From an uncultured Erysipelotrichaceae bacterium (lineage in GTDB: Bacteria; Bacillota_I; Bacilli_A; RF39; UBA660): DNA of 64,000 nt. The DNA lies in contig CACZFH010000001.1 in the NCBI GenBank assembly GCA_902780395.1, forward strand, positions 13,762-77,761, written 5' to 3'. How positions within the stretch are numbered: position 1 is the stretch's first letter; every line of letters starts with the position of its first letter. Under the pieces are notes generated by a model, which worked only from the letters and a program-made list of their open reading frames with translations, ran no database searches and was not told the DNA's origin. Shown in pieces: positions 19,255 to 29,031 of the stretch. A program made the translations under genes and the position numbers.

Positions 19255-20142
19255 TTATTTCTTTTTGTCCTTTAATAATTCTATAAACTTAGATGTTGCT
19301 CTAGTTAAAAACTCTTCAATATAAACACAGCAAACATCAACATCTGGTAAATTATTATCAAATGATAATACTTCAAATTTATCTTTATCCATTTGTTGAT
19401 TAATTATTTCTTGTATAAAATAACCAATTCCTACTCCACTTCTTACCATAGATAACATGACCTCAGTACTCCAACTTTCCAAAACCGGATGATACTTTAT
19501 ATTTTTACTTTCCATATATTCATCTAATTTCAAACGAACCGAAAAACTTTGATCTGGTAGTATTAAAGGATAACTTTCTAAATCCTTCATATTTTCAATA
19601 GAAACATCTTTCATCTTATTCTTATAATAAGCAAAGCAATTATGAAATTTAGATAAAGTAACTTTAGTAACATTCTTTTTACTATTAATTGGTAAAGTAC
19701 CTACAATAACATCTAACTTTCTTGTTTCAAGAAGCTCAACCATTTCAGACATAGGCTTAGAAACAATCTCAAAAGTAATTCCTGGAAACTTCTCATGAAA
19801 ACTAGTAACCACATCAGTTAAATAAAACATTCCAATATAAGAAGGTACTCCAATTCGAATACAACCAACATTTAAATGATTCAAATTATTAATATGTTCT
19901 TCTGCATCATTTAAAATATTAAAAGCCGTAGAAATATAATTATATAATTCCTTTGCTTCCATAGTTGGTTCAATTCCCTTTGAATTTCGATAAAACAAAG
20001 TATAACCTAACTGATTTTCTAATTCTTTTAAACTATAACTAATAGCTGGTTGAGATACATATAAACGATTTGCCGTCCGAGAAATACTTTTTTCTTCATA
20101 TAGATATAAAAATATTTTATACAAGTTATAATCTGTATTCAT
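19255..20142 (-). CDS. LysR-family transcriptional regulator
   Basis: N-terminal HTH (RTANRLYVSQPAISYSLKELE) plus LysR substrate-binding-like C-terminus. Confidence 0.85.
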   Translation of the reverse strand: MNTDYNLYKIFLYLYEEKSISRTANRLYVSQPAISYSLKELENQLGYTLFYRNSKGIEPTMEAKELYNYISTAFNILNDAEEHINNLNHLNVGCIRIGVPSYIGMFYLTDVVTSFHEKFPGITFEIVSKPMSEMVELLETRKLDVIVGTLPINSKKNVTKVTLSKFHNCFAYYKNKMKDVSIENMKDLESYPLILPDQSFSVRLKLDEYMESKNIKYHPVLESWSTEVMLSMVRSGVGIGYFIQEIINQQMDKDKFEVLSFDNNLPDVDVCCVYIEEFLTRATSKFIELLKDKKK

Positions 20143-20231
20143 AAGATGCCCCCTTGAAAAATTATTATAGAGTTCTTTTATAAAAAAGTCAAACGTTATA
20201 ATTGCAATTTATAAAAAGAAAAACAATTAAT

Positions 20232-20274
20232 AATAATAAAAAAGTCTACCTAACTCATCAATGAATTAGATAGA
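20232..20274 (-). terminator. putative terminator after the zinc-ribbon membrane protein gene
   Basis: Imperfect 10-bp hairpin GTCTACCTAA...TTAGATAGAC, followed by a T-tract on the minus strand. Confidence 0.4.
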
Positions 20275-20285
20275 CCAAATAGTCT

Positions 20286-21593
20286 TTAATTAACTGGTAA
20301 ATAAATAGTTACACACTCATTATTTTCTAAAAGACATAAACTACCACCATCTTCACTAGAACGATAGCGATATTCTAAATCTTCACCTACATTATTACCT
20401 TTTACATGAATATAATAATCATTATCTTTTGTTTCCAATTGATATGTTCCATGTATTTCAGTATTACCTGTAATAATAGCTACTTTACCTTCTTTTATAG
20501 TAATCTCTGTTCCATCTTCCCCTTTAAAAGTATTTTCAAATTCACTAGGTTCTCCAATCAAAACAACCAAACATAAAATAACTAAGGCAATCCTTGCAAT
20601 AATAACAATAGGCCCCATAGAACTTCCAAATTTTTTCATTAAACTTCTTTTTAACTGAGGAATAAAACTAATAATAGTTATTAACCATGCCATAATTATT
20701 AATAAACTTTCTTTATTAAAGATAGATCCTAAAAACATAATAGATAAGAAGAAAATCATCAAATAACACAAAATATCCCAAAAAATAGATTTCTTACTTT
20801 CAACATCAACTACTTTTTCCTTAGAAGTAATTTTTTCAACTTTATTAGAAGTCTCACCTTTTCTTGCCATATAAGCTTTTTTCTTTTCTTTTAATTCATT
20901 TACATAAGAACTACTCAAATGATATTTTGTATCATTTGTATTACCTAAGATAATATCAATTATCTCTATAATACTAGAAACAATTCTATTTTCTAAATCT
21001 TTATCTCCAGCAGCAATACTATCTAGATAAATATAACCATCTAAACAAGCCTCTAATCGATCAATATACCCTTTTGTTTGTTCTTTATTAAGTTTATTAC
21101 GATTATACACGTCTACAATATATTTCTTTGTTATATACAAAACAGTTCCTGTATCATTTATACAAGTATTAATTTCATCCCTAGAAATTTTCATTTTTTT
21201 CATTAAAGAATATGCTGTCTTCATACCATTTATTGAAGAATTGATATCAAGTACATTATAATCCGTAATCAAAGTTCGACATAAACCTCTCCGTAATACT
21301 ACAATAGGATTATCCGGATCTATTTCTTCAGCCTTAGAATAAACTTTATAAGCTTCTTCAAATTCTTGATTATCAAAATAACGATTCCCTAATTTTAAAT
21401 AATTATCTAAAGAAGGAGAATCCTTAAGCTCAACCTTTAATAAATTTTCAACGGCCTCTTCAACCATTATCTCTGTATTACAATAATCACATTTCGTAAA
21501 CTTTAAACTTCTATCTACTTGTATATTAGCACCACAAGAAGGACATTTAGCTGCAACCAATTTCATATTATCACCATAAAAATTATAGCACAC
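20286..21593 (-). CDS. zinc-ribbon / TPR-like membrane protein
   Basis: CPSCG...CDYC zinc ribbon, TPR-like segment, three TM helices and a C-terminal extracytoplasmic domain. Last gene of the ABC-transporter operon. Confidence 0.5.
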   Translation of the reverse strand: MCYNFYGDNMKLVAAKCPSCGANIQVDRSLKFTKCDYCNTEIMVEEAVENLLKVELKDSPSLDNYLKLGNRYFDNQEFEEAYKVYSKAEEIDPDNPIVVLRRGLCRTLITDYNVLDINSSINGMKTAYSLMKKMKISRDEINTCINDTGTVLYITKKYIVDVYNRNKLNKEQTKGYIDRLEACLDGYIYLDSIAAGDKDLENRIVSSIIEIIDIILGNTNDTKYHLSSSYVNELKEKKKAYMARKGETSNKVEKITSKEKVVDVESKKSIFWDILCYLMIFFLSIMFLGSIFNKESLLIIMAWLITIISFIPQLKRSLMKKFGSSMGPIVIIARIALVILCLVVLIGEPSEFENTFKGEDGTEITIKEGKVAIITGNTEIHGTYQLETKDNDYYIHVKGNNVGEDLEYRYRSSEDGGSLCLLENNECVTIYLPVN

Positions 21594-21613
21594 AACAAAA
21601 AAAAAGTGTAGAC

Positions 21614-22390
21614 TTAAGAGCCTACACTAGAATATCTTTTCATCCCCAAATAAAAAGTTACAATACTAGGAATTAAATACAAAAATACTAACAAAGGAGA
21701 AAAAGCATAAAGAATAGAACTTTTTCTTCCTAGAAAAAATAATAATGGATAATAATTTACAAAAGCATAAGGAATAATAAAAGTAAAAAAATAAACAAAT
21801 CCTTTAGAAAATACACCTATAGGATATTGAGCCATATGCTTTCCTCCATCAGTAAATACATTTCTAACTTCTAATCCTTGGACCGTAAAAAAACAATAAG
21901 AAGCAGCCATTAAAAAGATTCCAAAGAAAATAATACATGAAGAAAAAAGCATTAATAATAAAGTAATAATCTTTAATAAATTCCAAGAAATATTCAAATG
22001 ACATATAGCTATAATCAATACAATAATAGATTGAATTAATCTAGAAACTTTTACAAAATCACTATCACTACATAAAACTTGTAAAATTATATTTTTAGGT
22101 CTTAATAAAAGCCTATCAAAATCCCCACGAATGATTAATTCATCAAATTTATCTATTCCTCTAGCAAAAACTTCATTAAAAGCAAACCCAAATTGAACAA
22201 TAGAAAAACATAATAGAACTTCATATAAAGTAAAGCCTTTAATATGATTAAATTTTGTAAATAATGCTAGTATTATAAAATAATAAGTAAAAAACACCAG
22301 TATTTGAGATAGAAAAGATAGAATGAAATCCACTCGATACTCTAGTTCACCTTTTAAATGCATTGCGAGTGATTCAAAATAAATTTTCAT
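21614..22390 (-). CDS. ABC-2 type transporter permease
   Basis: Six TM helices; adjacent to ABC ATPase. Confidence 0.6.
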   Translation of the reverse strand: MKIYFESLAMHLKGELEYRVDFILSFLSQILVFFTYYFIILALFTKFNHIKGFTLYEVLLCFSIVQFGFAFNEVFARGIDKFDELIIRGDFDRLLLRPKNIILQVLCSDSDFVKVSRLIQSIIVLIIAICHLNISWNLLKIITLLLMLFSSCIIFFGIFLMAASYCFFTVQGLEVRNVFTDGGKHMAQYPIGVFSKGFVYFFTFIIPYAFVNYYPLLFFLGRKSSILYAFSPLLVFLYLIPSIVTFYLGMKRYSSVGS

Positions 22391-23194
22391 CTATCCTCCT
22401 TGAACAACAATCTTTTTTATATTTATTCTCATTATGATATTTCCTAAGATGATAAAAATAACAATCCAAATAAATTGGATACACATACCGAAAACTCCAT
22501 CTGTTAAAGATATATTTCCAACATATAATCTAAAAGGTAGATCACTTATATATTGAAAAGGTAAAAATGAAGAGATTATTTGTAAAAACTTAGGAAAGAA
22601 AGGAATTGGAATACTTACTCCAGATAAAACACTAGCAATAGTCATTAGTAAATTAACAATTCCTTTCTCATTCATGGTTATTAACGTAATAATAGGATAA
22701 AAAACTGATAATGCCACTACTAATAATGTTCCCAATATTAAAGACAATAAAAAGGATAAAAAATGAAGTAACGAAGCTGGTCCACCCAAATGAAATGGAT
22801 ATGGAAGTATAGTTGTTATAATTATTAATGGAAAAAATCTTAATGTTACATTAGCAAGTCTTTGACCCAAAATCTTAAAATACCACATAAAATAGAGATT
22901 CTTTGGTCTTGCCAATTCATAAGATACTCCGCCATCTCTAATAATTTTAAATAACTCTTGATCTTTTGAAAATTGGTTAACTAAAGCCAATAATGATTGA
23001 TTTAACCATAAATAAGTTATTATTTGAGATAATTCCATAGGAAGATTTTTTCCACCAGATTCATAAAATGCCACATACACCATTACATATACAAAGCCAA
23101 AGAAGAATTGGGTTGCTATCCCAGCCCAAGCTGCACTTCGATATTGAAGACTGCTTATGAATTTTAATTTAAAATATGTTATATAAGCTTTCAA
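22391..23194 (-). CDS. ABC-2 type transporter permease
   Basis: Six TM helices; start overlaps the ATPase stop by 4 nt. Confidence 0.6.
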   Translation of the reverse strand: MKAYITYFKLKFISSLQYRSAAWAGIATQFFFGFVYVMVYVAFYESGGKNLPMELSQIITYLWLNQSLLALVNQFSKDQELFKIIRDGGVSYELARPKNLYFMWYFKILGQRLANVTLRFFPLIIITTILPYPFHLGGPASLLHFLSFLLSLILGTLLVVALSVFYPIITLITMNEKGIVNLLMTIASVLSGVSIPIPFFPKFLQIISSFLPFQYISDLPFRLYVGNISLTDGVFGMCIQFIWIVIFIILGNIIMRINIKKIVVQGG

Positions 23195-24171
23195 ATCTTA
23201 TAGTCCTTATACAATTTTACAATAATACTATCAATATTCTCATGATCAATCTCAATATCTTCAATAGTTATTTTTTTTGAAATAACATTTAATAACTCCG
23301 AAATACTTATCTCATTAGCATTAATAACTAAATCATAACCATTTTTAGTCTTAATTTTATTCTTTATCCCTTTTTTTCTAATAGTTAGTTTATCTTTTGT
23401 TTTTATTGATACATATTTCTCTGTCTCATATTTAATTTGTAATTTTTTAAGACTACCATCATATAACACATGACCTTTTCCTATTAATATAATTCTTTTG
23501 GCGAGTGCTGTTATATCAGCCATATCATGACTTGTTAAAATCACTGTGGTTTTCTTCTCTTTATTAAGTTTTTTAATAAAATCCCTTACTACTTGCTTAG
23601 ATACTGCATCTAATCCAATTGTTGGTTCATCCAAGAACAATATTTTTGGATTATGTAGTAAACTAGCCGCAATTTCACAGCGCATTCTCTGTCCAAGACT
23701 TAATTGTCTTACCGGAATGTTTATGATATCGTGAAGATCCAATTTATTAATTAAATCTTCTTTAGTAGCTTGATATTCTTCTTCAGGTATCTCATAAATA
23801 TCTTTTAATAAATCAAATGTATCTTCTGCTGGAATATCCCACCATAATTGGCTTCTTTGACCAAAGACTACACCAATTTTTTTTACATATCTAACTCGAT
23901 CTTTCCAAGGGGTCATACCATCTATTTGGCATTCTCCAGAATCTGGAATTAAAATACCACTAAGTATCTTAATAGTAGTTGACTTTCCAGCACCATTTGG
24001 TCCAATATATCCTACTATTTCTCCCTCTTCAATAGAAAAAGATATATCATCTACTGCCTTCACTTCTATAAAATCTCTCTTAAAAAATGATTTTATAGAT
24101 TCTTTTAAGCCACTTTTCTTCTTAGCGACTTTGAAAGTTTTCGATATCTGCTTTATCTCGATGAATGACAT
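23191..24171 (-). CDS. ABC transporter ATP-binding protein
   Basis: Walker A GPNGAGKST, signature LSLGQRMR, Walker B LFLDEPT. Confidence 0.9.
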   Translation of the reverse strand: MSFIEIKQISKTFKVAKKKSGLKESIKSFFKRDFIEVKAVDDISFSIEEGEIVGYIGPNGAGKSTTIKILSGILIPDSGECQIDGMTPWKDRVRYVKKIGVVFGQRSQLWWDIPAEDTFDLLKDIYEIPEEEYQATKEDLINKLDLHDIINIPVRQLSLGQRMRCEIAASLLHNPKILFLDEPTIGLDAVSKQVVRDFIKKLNKEKKTTVILTSHDMADITALAKRIILIGKGHVLYDGSLKKLQIKYETEKYVSIKTKDKLTIRKKGIKNKIKTKNGYDLVINANEISISELLNVISKKITIEDIEIDHENIDSIIVKLYKDYKI

Positions 24172-24300
24172 TTTTTATTTCACACTCCTTTCAACGCAAA
24201 AAAGCCACATTTTTCTCATGCGGGGCATGTAAAAATATAGCTAATTTGCAAAAACGTCAAAAACAAATTATCACAAAACAAAAAAAAAGTAAAGATTTTT

Positions 24301-24627
24301 TTACTTTTCTTTTTCTTTTAGTTTTACAGCAGTACCATAAACTATCATCTCAGCAGCACCTTGCATAACAGCCGAAGATCCATAACGAACCCCAACAATA
24401 GCATCAGCACCTAATTTCTCAGCTTCATCAACCATCCTCTTAGTAGCAATTTGTCTAGCCTCTCGAATCATTTCAGTATAACCAACAATTTCACCACCAA
24501 CTAAAGTCTTCATCCCAGCCATAAAATCTCTACCAATATTTTTAGATTGAACAATTTCTCCTTTAACAATTCCTAAACTCTCTTCAATTTTCTTCCCCTG
24601 TATTTCTTCAGTACTAACAATTAACAT
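24301..24627 (-). CDS. YbjQ/UPF0145 family protein
   Basis: Full-length similarity to the YbjQ (DUF74) pattern: IVSTEEIQGKKI...GADAIVGVRY. Confidence 0.8.
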   Translation of the reverse strand: MLIVSTEEIQGKKIEESLGIVKGEIVQSKNIGRDFMAGMKTLVGGEIVGYTEMIREARQIATKRMVDEAEKLGADAIVGVRYGSSAVMQGAAEMIVYGTAVKLKEKEK

Positions 24628-24635
24628 AAATCCTC

Positions 24636-24872
24636 CTAATACTTCTTAGCCTTTTCTTCTTCACCATTATGAATTTCATTAACCCTAGAATATAAAGCAT
24701 AAATAATGCCTATAAATGGAACACCAAAAATAAACAATAAAAAGATAAATACACCTGTTGGCATCTTATCAACTTCAGTCAATTGAGTATATACAAGCAA
24801 TGAAATAAGCATTGCCAAATAAACAATGAAAACAATACTAGATAAAATTGCTCCCAACAATTTCTTATTCAT
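24636..24872 (-). CDS. small membrane protein (2 TM)
   Basis: 78 aa with two hydrophobic helices; lies between the superoxide reductase and YbjQ genes. Confidence 0.4.
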   Translation of the reverse strand: MNKKLLGAILSSIVFIVYLAMLISLLVYTQLTEVDKMPTGVFIFLLFIFGVPFIGIIYALYSRVNEIHNGEEEKAKKY

Positions 24873-24873
24873 A

Positions 24874-25212
24874 TTATAAATCCTCTGATACCCATAAACT
24901 ATGTTTATTACAGTAACTATATGCTTTCATTCCACTACGATATTCAACAATCATAGAAGGGACATCACCTGGAGCAAAATGCTTAATAATTTGCTCATTA
25001 CCATAATCTACCAATAACCATTCTATATAATGATCTTCTTCCATTACATGATTAACAAATACTTTTACATTTTTATCCATCATTTCAAATTGGGGAACAT
25101 GCTTTTCAAAAGAAGCATCTACATCGTTAGCTTTAATAACCTTATCACTAACATCTTCAACTTCTTTTAAAACTATCATAATATTTCCACTCTTACATTT
25201 TATAACTTTCAT
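24874..25212 (-). CDS. superoxide reductase (neelaredoxin/desulfoferrodoxin-type, single domain)
   Basis: EKHVP motif, HVMEEDHYIEW His ligands and CNKHSLW Cys/His ligands of the SOR centre II. Confidence 0.8.
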   Translation of the reverse strand: MKVIKCKSGNIMIVLKEVEDVSDKVIKANDVDASFEKHVPQFEMMDKNVKVFVNHVMEEDHYIEWLLVDYGNEQIIKHFAPGDVPSMIVEYRSGMKAYSYCNKHSLWVSEDL

Positions 25213-25556
25213 ATCATTTCACTCCATTCTTTTTCTGAAAAACCAACTAAAACACTATCCTCTAATACTAATATTGGTCGCTTGATTAACATTCCATCAC
25301 TAGCTAACAAATTAATCATCTCTTCTTCTGTTAATCCCAGCAACTTTTCCTTCAAATTAAATTCCCGATACTTCTTACCACTTGTATTAAAAAACTTCTT
25401 AATATCTTTCCCACTAGAAGAAATATATTTATTTAAATCTTCTTTAGTAGGAATATCAATAGTTATATCTTTCAGCTTATAAACACAATGATGATCATCC
25501 AAGAATTTCTTTGCCTTTTGACAAGTAGAACATTTTGGATACCATATTAATACCAT
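25209..25556 (-). CDS. Spx/ArsC-family thioredoxin-fold redox regulator
   Basis: WYPKCSTCQKAKKFL CxxC N-terminus and LIKRPILVLEDSVLVGFSEKEW C-terminus resemble Spx/MgsR. Probable start at 25556 (AGGTGA RBS); the ORF-track start at 25577 is an extension. Overlaps the SOR start by 4 nt. Confidence 0.7.
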   Translation of the reverse strand: MVLIWYPKCSTCQKAKKFLDDHHCVYKLKDITIDIPTKEDLNKYISSSGKDIKKFFNTSGKKYREFNLKEKLLGLTEEEMINLLASDGMLIKRPILVLEDSVLVGFSEKEWSEMI

Positions 25557-25619
25557 ACCATCACCTACTTCTATCATAACAAATTACAATAAAGAAAAAA
25601 AGATATTTTCATATCTTTT

Positions 25620-28600
25620 TTATAAAGTCTTATGACTATCATCAGCAATTTCATCAAGACAGCCTTTAATCATATCTTCTATGTCCTCATCAGATAACTC
25701 AGAAGAATCAGAATCAATAGTTTCTTCATATTCGATAGGCAATGATCCCATAGAAATCCTTTTACCATGTTTTCCAAAGAATGCTTCCAACTGAATAAAA
25801 CTATCTACAATGGCTTTATCATCATGAGCCTCAATAGAATCTGACAAAGCTTGCTCTAAGATAGCAAGTTCAGCCAACTCATCATCATTTAGTCGATAAA
25901 CACCTACATCACGAATTAAAGCTCTTCCTTCCATTAAATAACGTTGACTTAATCCATAAGCATCATTATCCAAATAATAACTTACTTCTTCCCTTAATTT
26001 TTTAATCTCAAGAACTTGCATAGCAGCTTGCCTATAATAATCCTCAATTGATTCTTCATATTTACTTTCATTTTCTTTGTCTACTGATTTTTTTTGTTCA
26101 TTTTCACTAATTAATGACTTTAAAGAACCAATTTCTTGATAGCTATCTTTAATACTAGCAAAATAGTCTTCAATCATATCATATTGATATTCACGAATGA
26201 AATCTACTATTAAGGGTTCAATAACACTCTTATTTTCTTCATTAGAAGAATAATCATGATACTCAGCAAACAAAGTTTCTAACTCACTCTCTGACAAATC
26301 TTGAAGACGATATGTTACTTCTTCTAATCTTTCTTTAGAGTCTAAAGATATAATTATATGAGCACTAATCTTTTTCAAGAATGCCGCACTTGCTGTTATG
26401 ATAGCAGGTAAAGCTCCTACAATATTATATTCCCAATCATCATTCTTTAATTCATCAAAGAATAATTTAGTACAATTAACTCTTCCATTTTGAAAAGTCT
26501 TAACAGCCCCTTCTTGAATATTTTTTTCAAGATCTAAACCTTCAGATAATTTATCAATAATTTCATCAATAGATTCATAAACATCCTCATATTCTTCATG
26601 ACCTATACCACTATAAGGATCATCTGGAAGAATATCTTCACCACCAGAACCAAAAGGACCAAAACTATAAGGAGCATCTGGAAGAATTTCTTCATCATCA
26701 GAATCAACAGCAGATGCTTCTCCAGTAGATTCTTCTCTATTTAATGGTTCATCTGAAACAGCTTCCATATCAGGATCAACAGCAGATGTTTCTTCAGTAG
26801 ATTCTTCTCTATCTAATGATTCATCTGAAGCAGCTTCCAAATCAGAATCAACAGCAGATGCTTCTCCAGTAGATTCTTCTCTATCTAATGATTCATCTGA
26901 AACAGCTTCCAAATCAGGATCAACTACTGGTGTTTCAACAACTGGTTCTTCTATTTTATCTATTTGAACATCTCTTACTTCAACCCTATAAGGAGAATAA
27001 TCATTATTAGCATTTTTCATAATAGCCTTGGCATCTTCTTCACTAATTTCATAGCAAACAGCTCCGTTAATCAAGACTTCAGGTCCAACAGGTTTTTCTA
27101 AAGAAAAACGTTGAAATAAATGTTTTCTAACATAAGCGACATTATCATGTTCTGTATCATGATATATCACTATTCTCTCAACCAAATCGTCAGAATCCTT
27201 CTTAACTTCTTCTGGTAATACAGAAAATTTCTTTCCTAAATGAACTGTTTCATGAGAAACTTGAAAATGATTATCATCTTCTAATTTAGAAAGAATTTCC
27301 TCAACATCTGCCTTATCTGCTTGATAACACTTCTTCCCATTAATTTCTTTTTCTTCACTAATAGGAATTTTATGAAAACGATCAAATGTATCTTTTAATA
27401 AATACACCTCATCATTATCTTCATCATGATAAACTTCTACAGTAATTGCCTCTTCTGGAATACCTACTTGCACATCTTCCATATCTGCTGGTCCTTTATC
27501 TGGAGTATAATCAGGTGCAATCGAAGTTCCAACAATTTTAGCAGGTAAAGTTTCTATATTCTTTATAGCAACAACATAATTAGTTTCAGGAAGTCGTATT
27601 GGACGTGCTATTGTACTCATTGGAGGAATTCCTTCAGTAAAATATAGTTTTTGAATAATAGCTAATGGGTATTTACCATTATCTGAAGAAGCATCTTCTT
27701 GAACTGTCACATCATTCTCAGCAGCAGCATCTTCTTGAACTGCCTCATCATTCTCAGCAGCAGCATCTTCTTGAACTGCCACATCATTCTCAGCAGCAGC
27801 ATCTTCTTGAACTGCCACATCATTCTCAGCAGCAACATCTTCTTGAATTACTACCCTTTCTTCATCAGGAACAATTGCCTTTGCCAACTTTTCCTCATCT
27901 TCTGATATTACAGTATCTGAAGTACTACCTTGGCCAAGACTTTCATCTTTTTGTAAAAGAGTAGCGCCTCTTCTTTTTCCATTAATATCTCTAACAATAG
28001 AATTCAATTCAGCTAATACTTTTTCCCTCTCCTTTAAAGAACCTAGTCTAACAGCACTAATTTCTTCATCAGATAATAAAGTATCACCATCTAATTCAGC
28101 TTGTTCTTCCTCCACAATTTGTGTCATTTTTCCTTTTTCAACATCATATGTATGAGAAAGCTTCTTAATATCTTCTTCTAATGAATCCTTATCTTCAAGT
28201 TCACTATCTATTGGATTAACTACTTCATCAGCAACAGCACTATCTTCTTCAGGAATAACTTCACCTTCAGAAATAGCTGTTATTTTTTCCATTATTTGTT
28301 CTCTATCATGAGAATCTACAGCATTTTTCAATTGCTCTCTTAAGGCTTTTAACATTTCTAATTCTTTTAAAGCCTCATCTTGTTCTTGTTTTTTAGTTGG
28401 AGTCATATGCTTACGATATACAGTAAATTTAGTAGAAAGCGTTTCTGACTCTCCATAATCACTATCTGCTCCCTCATAGATAATCTCTAATTCTTCAGGA
28501 TTTTGAACACTAATGCCATCTTTTTTCATCATCTCAAATATTCTATTTCTTTGTTCCTCTATTGAAATAGGAAGCCCATCTAAAATATAAGTTCCTGAAT

Positions 28601-28676
28601 AAACCTCTTCCCGAGTATTATTCTTTACTATTCTATCTTCACTCATACTATACCTCCTATGCATTAGCTTCTGCAT
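25620..28676 (-). CDS. large acidic protein with tandem repeats and an internally duplicated domain; no signal peptide
   Basis: 1018 aa, strongly D/E-rich. 12-aa repeat (AAAENDVAVQED) x4.6, 24-aa repeat (DPDLEAVSDESLDREESTGEASAV) x3.3, and a duplicated ~60-aa domain (VYHDEDNDEVYLLKDTFDRF…INGKKCY / IYHDTEHDNVAYVRKHLFQRF…INGAVCY). Confidence 0.6.
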   Translation of the reverse strand: MQKLMHRRYSMSEDRIVKNNTREEVYSGTYILDGLPISIEEQRNRIFEMMKKDGISVQNPEELEIIYEGADSDYGESETLSTKFTVYRKHMTPTKKQEQDEALKELEMLKALREQLKNAVDSHDREQIMEKITAISEGEVIPEEDSAVADEVVNPIDSELEDKDSLEEDIKKLSHTYDVEKGKMTQIVEEEQAELDGDTLLSDEEISAVRLGSLKEREKVLAELNSIVRDINGKRRGATLLQKDESLGQGSTSDTVISEDEEKLAKAIVPDEERVVIQEDVAAENDVAVQEDAAAENDVAVQEDAAAENDEAVQEDAAAENDVTVQEDASSDNGKYPLAIIQKLYFTEGIPPMSTIARPIRLPETNYVVAIKNIETLPAKIVGTSIAPDYTPDKGPADMEDVQVGIPEEAITVEVYHDEDNDEVYLLKDTFDRFHKIPISEEKEINGKKCYQADKADVEEILSKLEDDNHFQVSHETVHLGKKFSVLPEEVKKDSDDLVERIVIYHDTEHDNVAYVRKHLFQRFSLEKPVGPEVLINGAVCYEISEEDAKAIMKNANNDYSPYRVEVRDVQIDKIEEPVVETPVVDPDLEAVSDESLDREESTGEASAVDSDLEAASDESLDREESTEETSAVDPDMEAVSDEPLNREESTGEASAVDSDDEEILPDAPYSFGPFGSGGEDILPDDPYSGIGHEEYEDVYESIDEIIDKLSEGLDLEKNIQEGAVKTFQNGRVNCTKLFFDELKNDDWEYNIVGALPAIITASAAFLKKISAHIIISLDSKERLEEVTYRLQDLSESELETLFAEYHDYSSNEENKSVIEPLIVDFIREYQYDMIEDYFASIKDSYQEIGSLKSLISENEQKKSVDKENESKYEESIEDYYRQAAMQVLEIKKLREEVSYYLDNDAYGLSQRYLMEGRALIRDVGVYRLNDDELAELAILEQALSDSIEAHDDKAIVDSFIQLEAFFGKHGKRISMGSLPIEYEETIDSDSSELSDEDIEDMIKGCLDEIADDSHKTL
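26698..26931. repeat. 72-nt coding tandem repeat, ~3.3 copies
   Basis: Unit gaatcaacagcagatgcttctccagtagattcttctctat… repeated at 26700, 26773 and 26845. Confidence 0.8.
27685..27850. repeat. 36-nt coding tandem repeat, ~4.6 copies
   Basis: Unit gcagcagcatcttcttgaactgccacatcattctca repeated head to tail. Confidence 0.8.
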
Positions 28677-28974
28677 CTAATTGTTGTAATACGTCATTAA
28701 CCATTGCTAGTTCTCTCTCATCAGTTATATTTTCTAACTCCAATTTAGGCTTTAATGGATCATAGCTTGATACATAAATATTCTTTCTCCCATTAGCTCC
28801 AACGCTATGATCTGTATACCCAATATAGCACTTCATTGTTTCCTCAGAATCAAACGTAAATAATACATCACACTCTATAGCTTTGCCATCTTTTTCAATC
28901 TGTACTTTCTCATTATCAATATTGAAATCCATTATACCCCTCCAGCACATTATTCTACTATACAAGTTTATCAT
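28657..28974 (-). CDS. DUF1292-like small acidic protein, translationally coupled to the downstream giant acidic protein gene
   Basis: Pattern IEKDGKAIECDVLFTFDSEETMKCYIGYTD typical of the DUF1292 family (assigned from memory). Probable start at the internal Met (MDFNIDNE). Overlaps the next gene by 20 nt. Confidence 0.45.
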   Translation of the reverse strand: MINLYSRIMCWRGIMDFNIDNEKVQIEKDGKAIECDVLFTFDSEETMKCYIGYTDHSVGANGRKNIYVSSYDPLKPKLELENITDERELAMVNDVLQQLDAEANA

Positions 28975-29031
28975 TCATCAAGTAAAAAGTCAATTTTTTG
29001 CAAAGAAAAAGAGACTTAAAATAAGTCCTTT

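Noticed and set aside
26698-27850. Possible CRISPR-like or intergenic tandem repeats
   Set aside because: The repeats are in-frame coding repeats (36-nt and 72-nt units) inside the giant acidic protein gene. There are no spacer-like unique segments and no cas genes.
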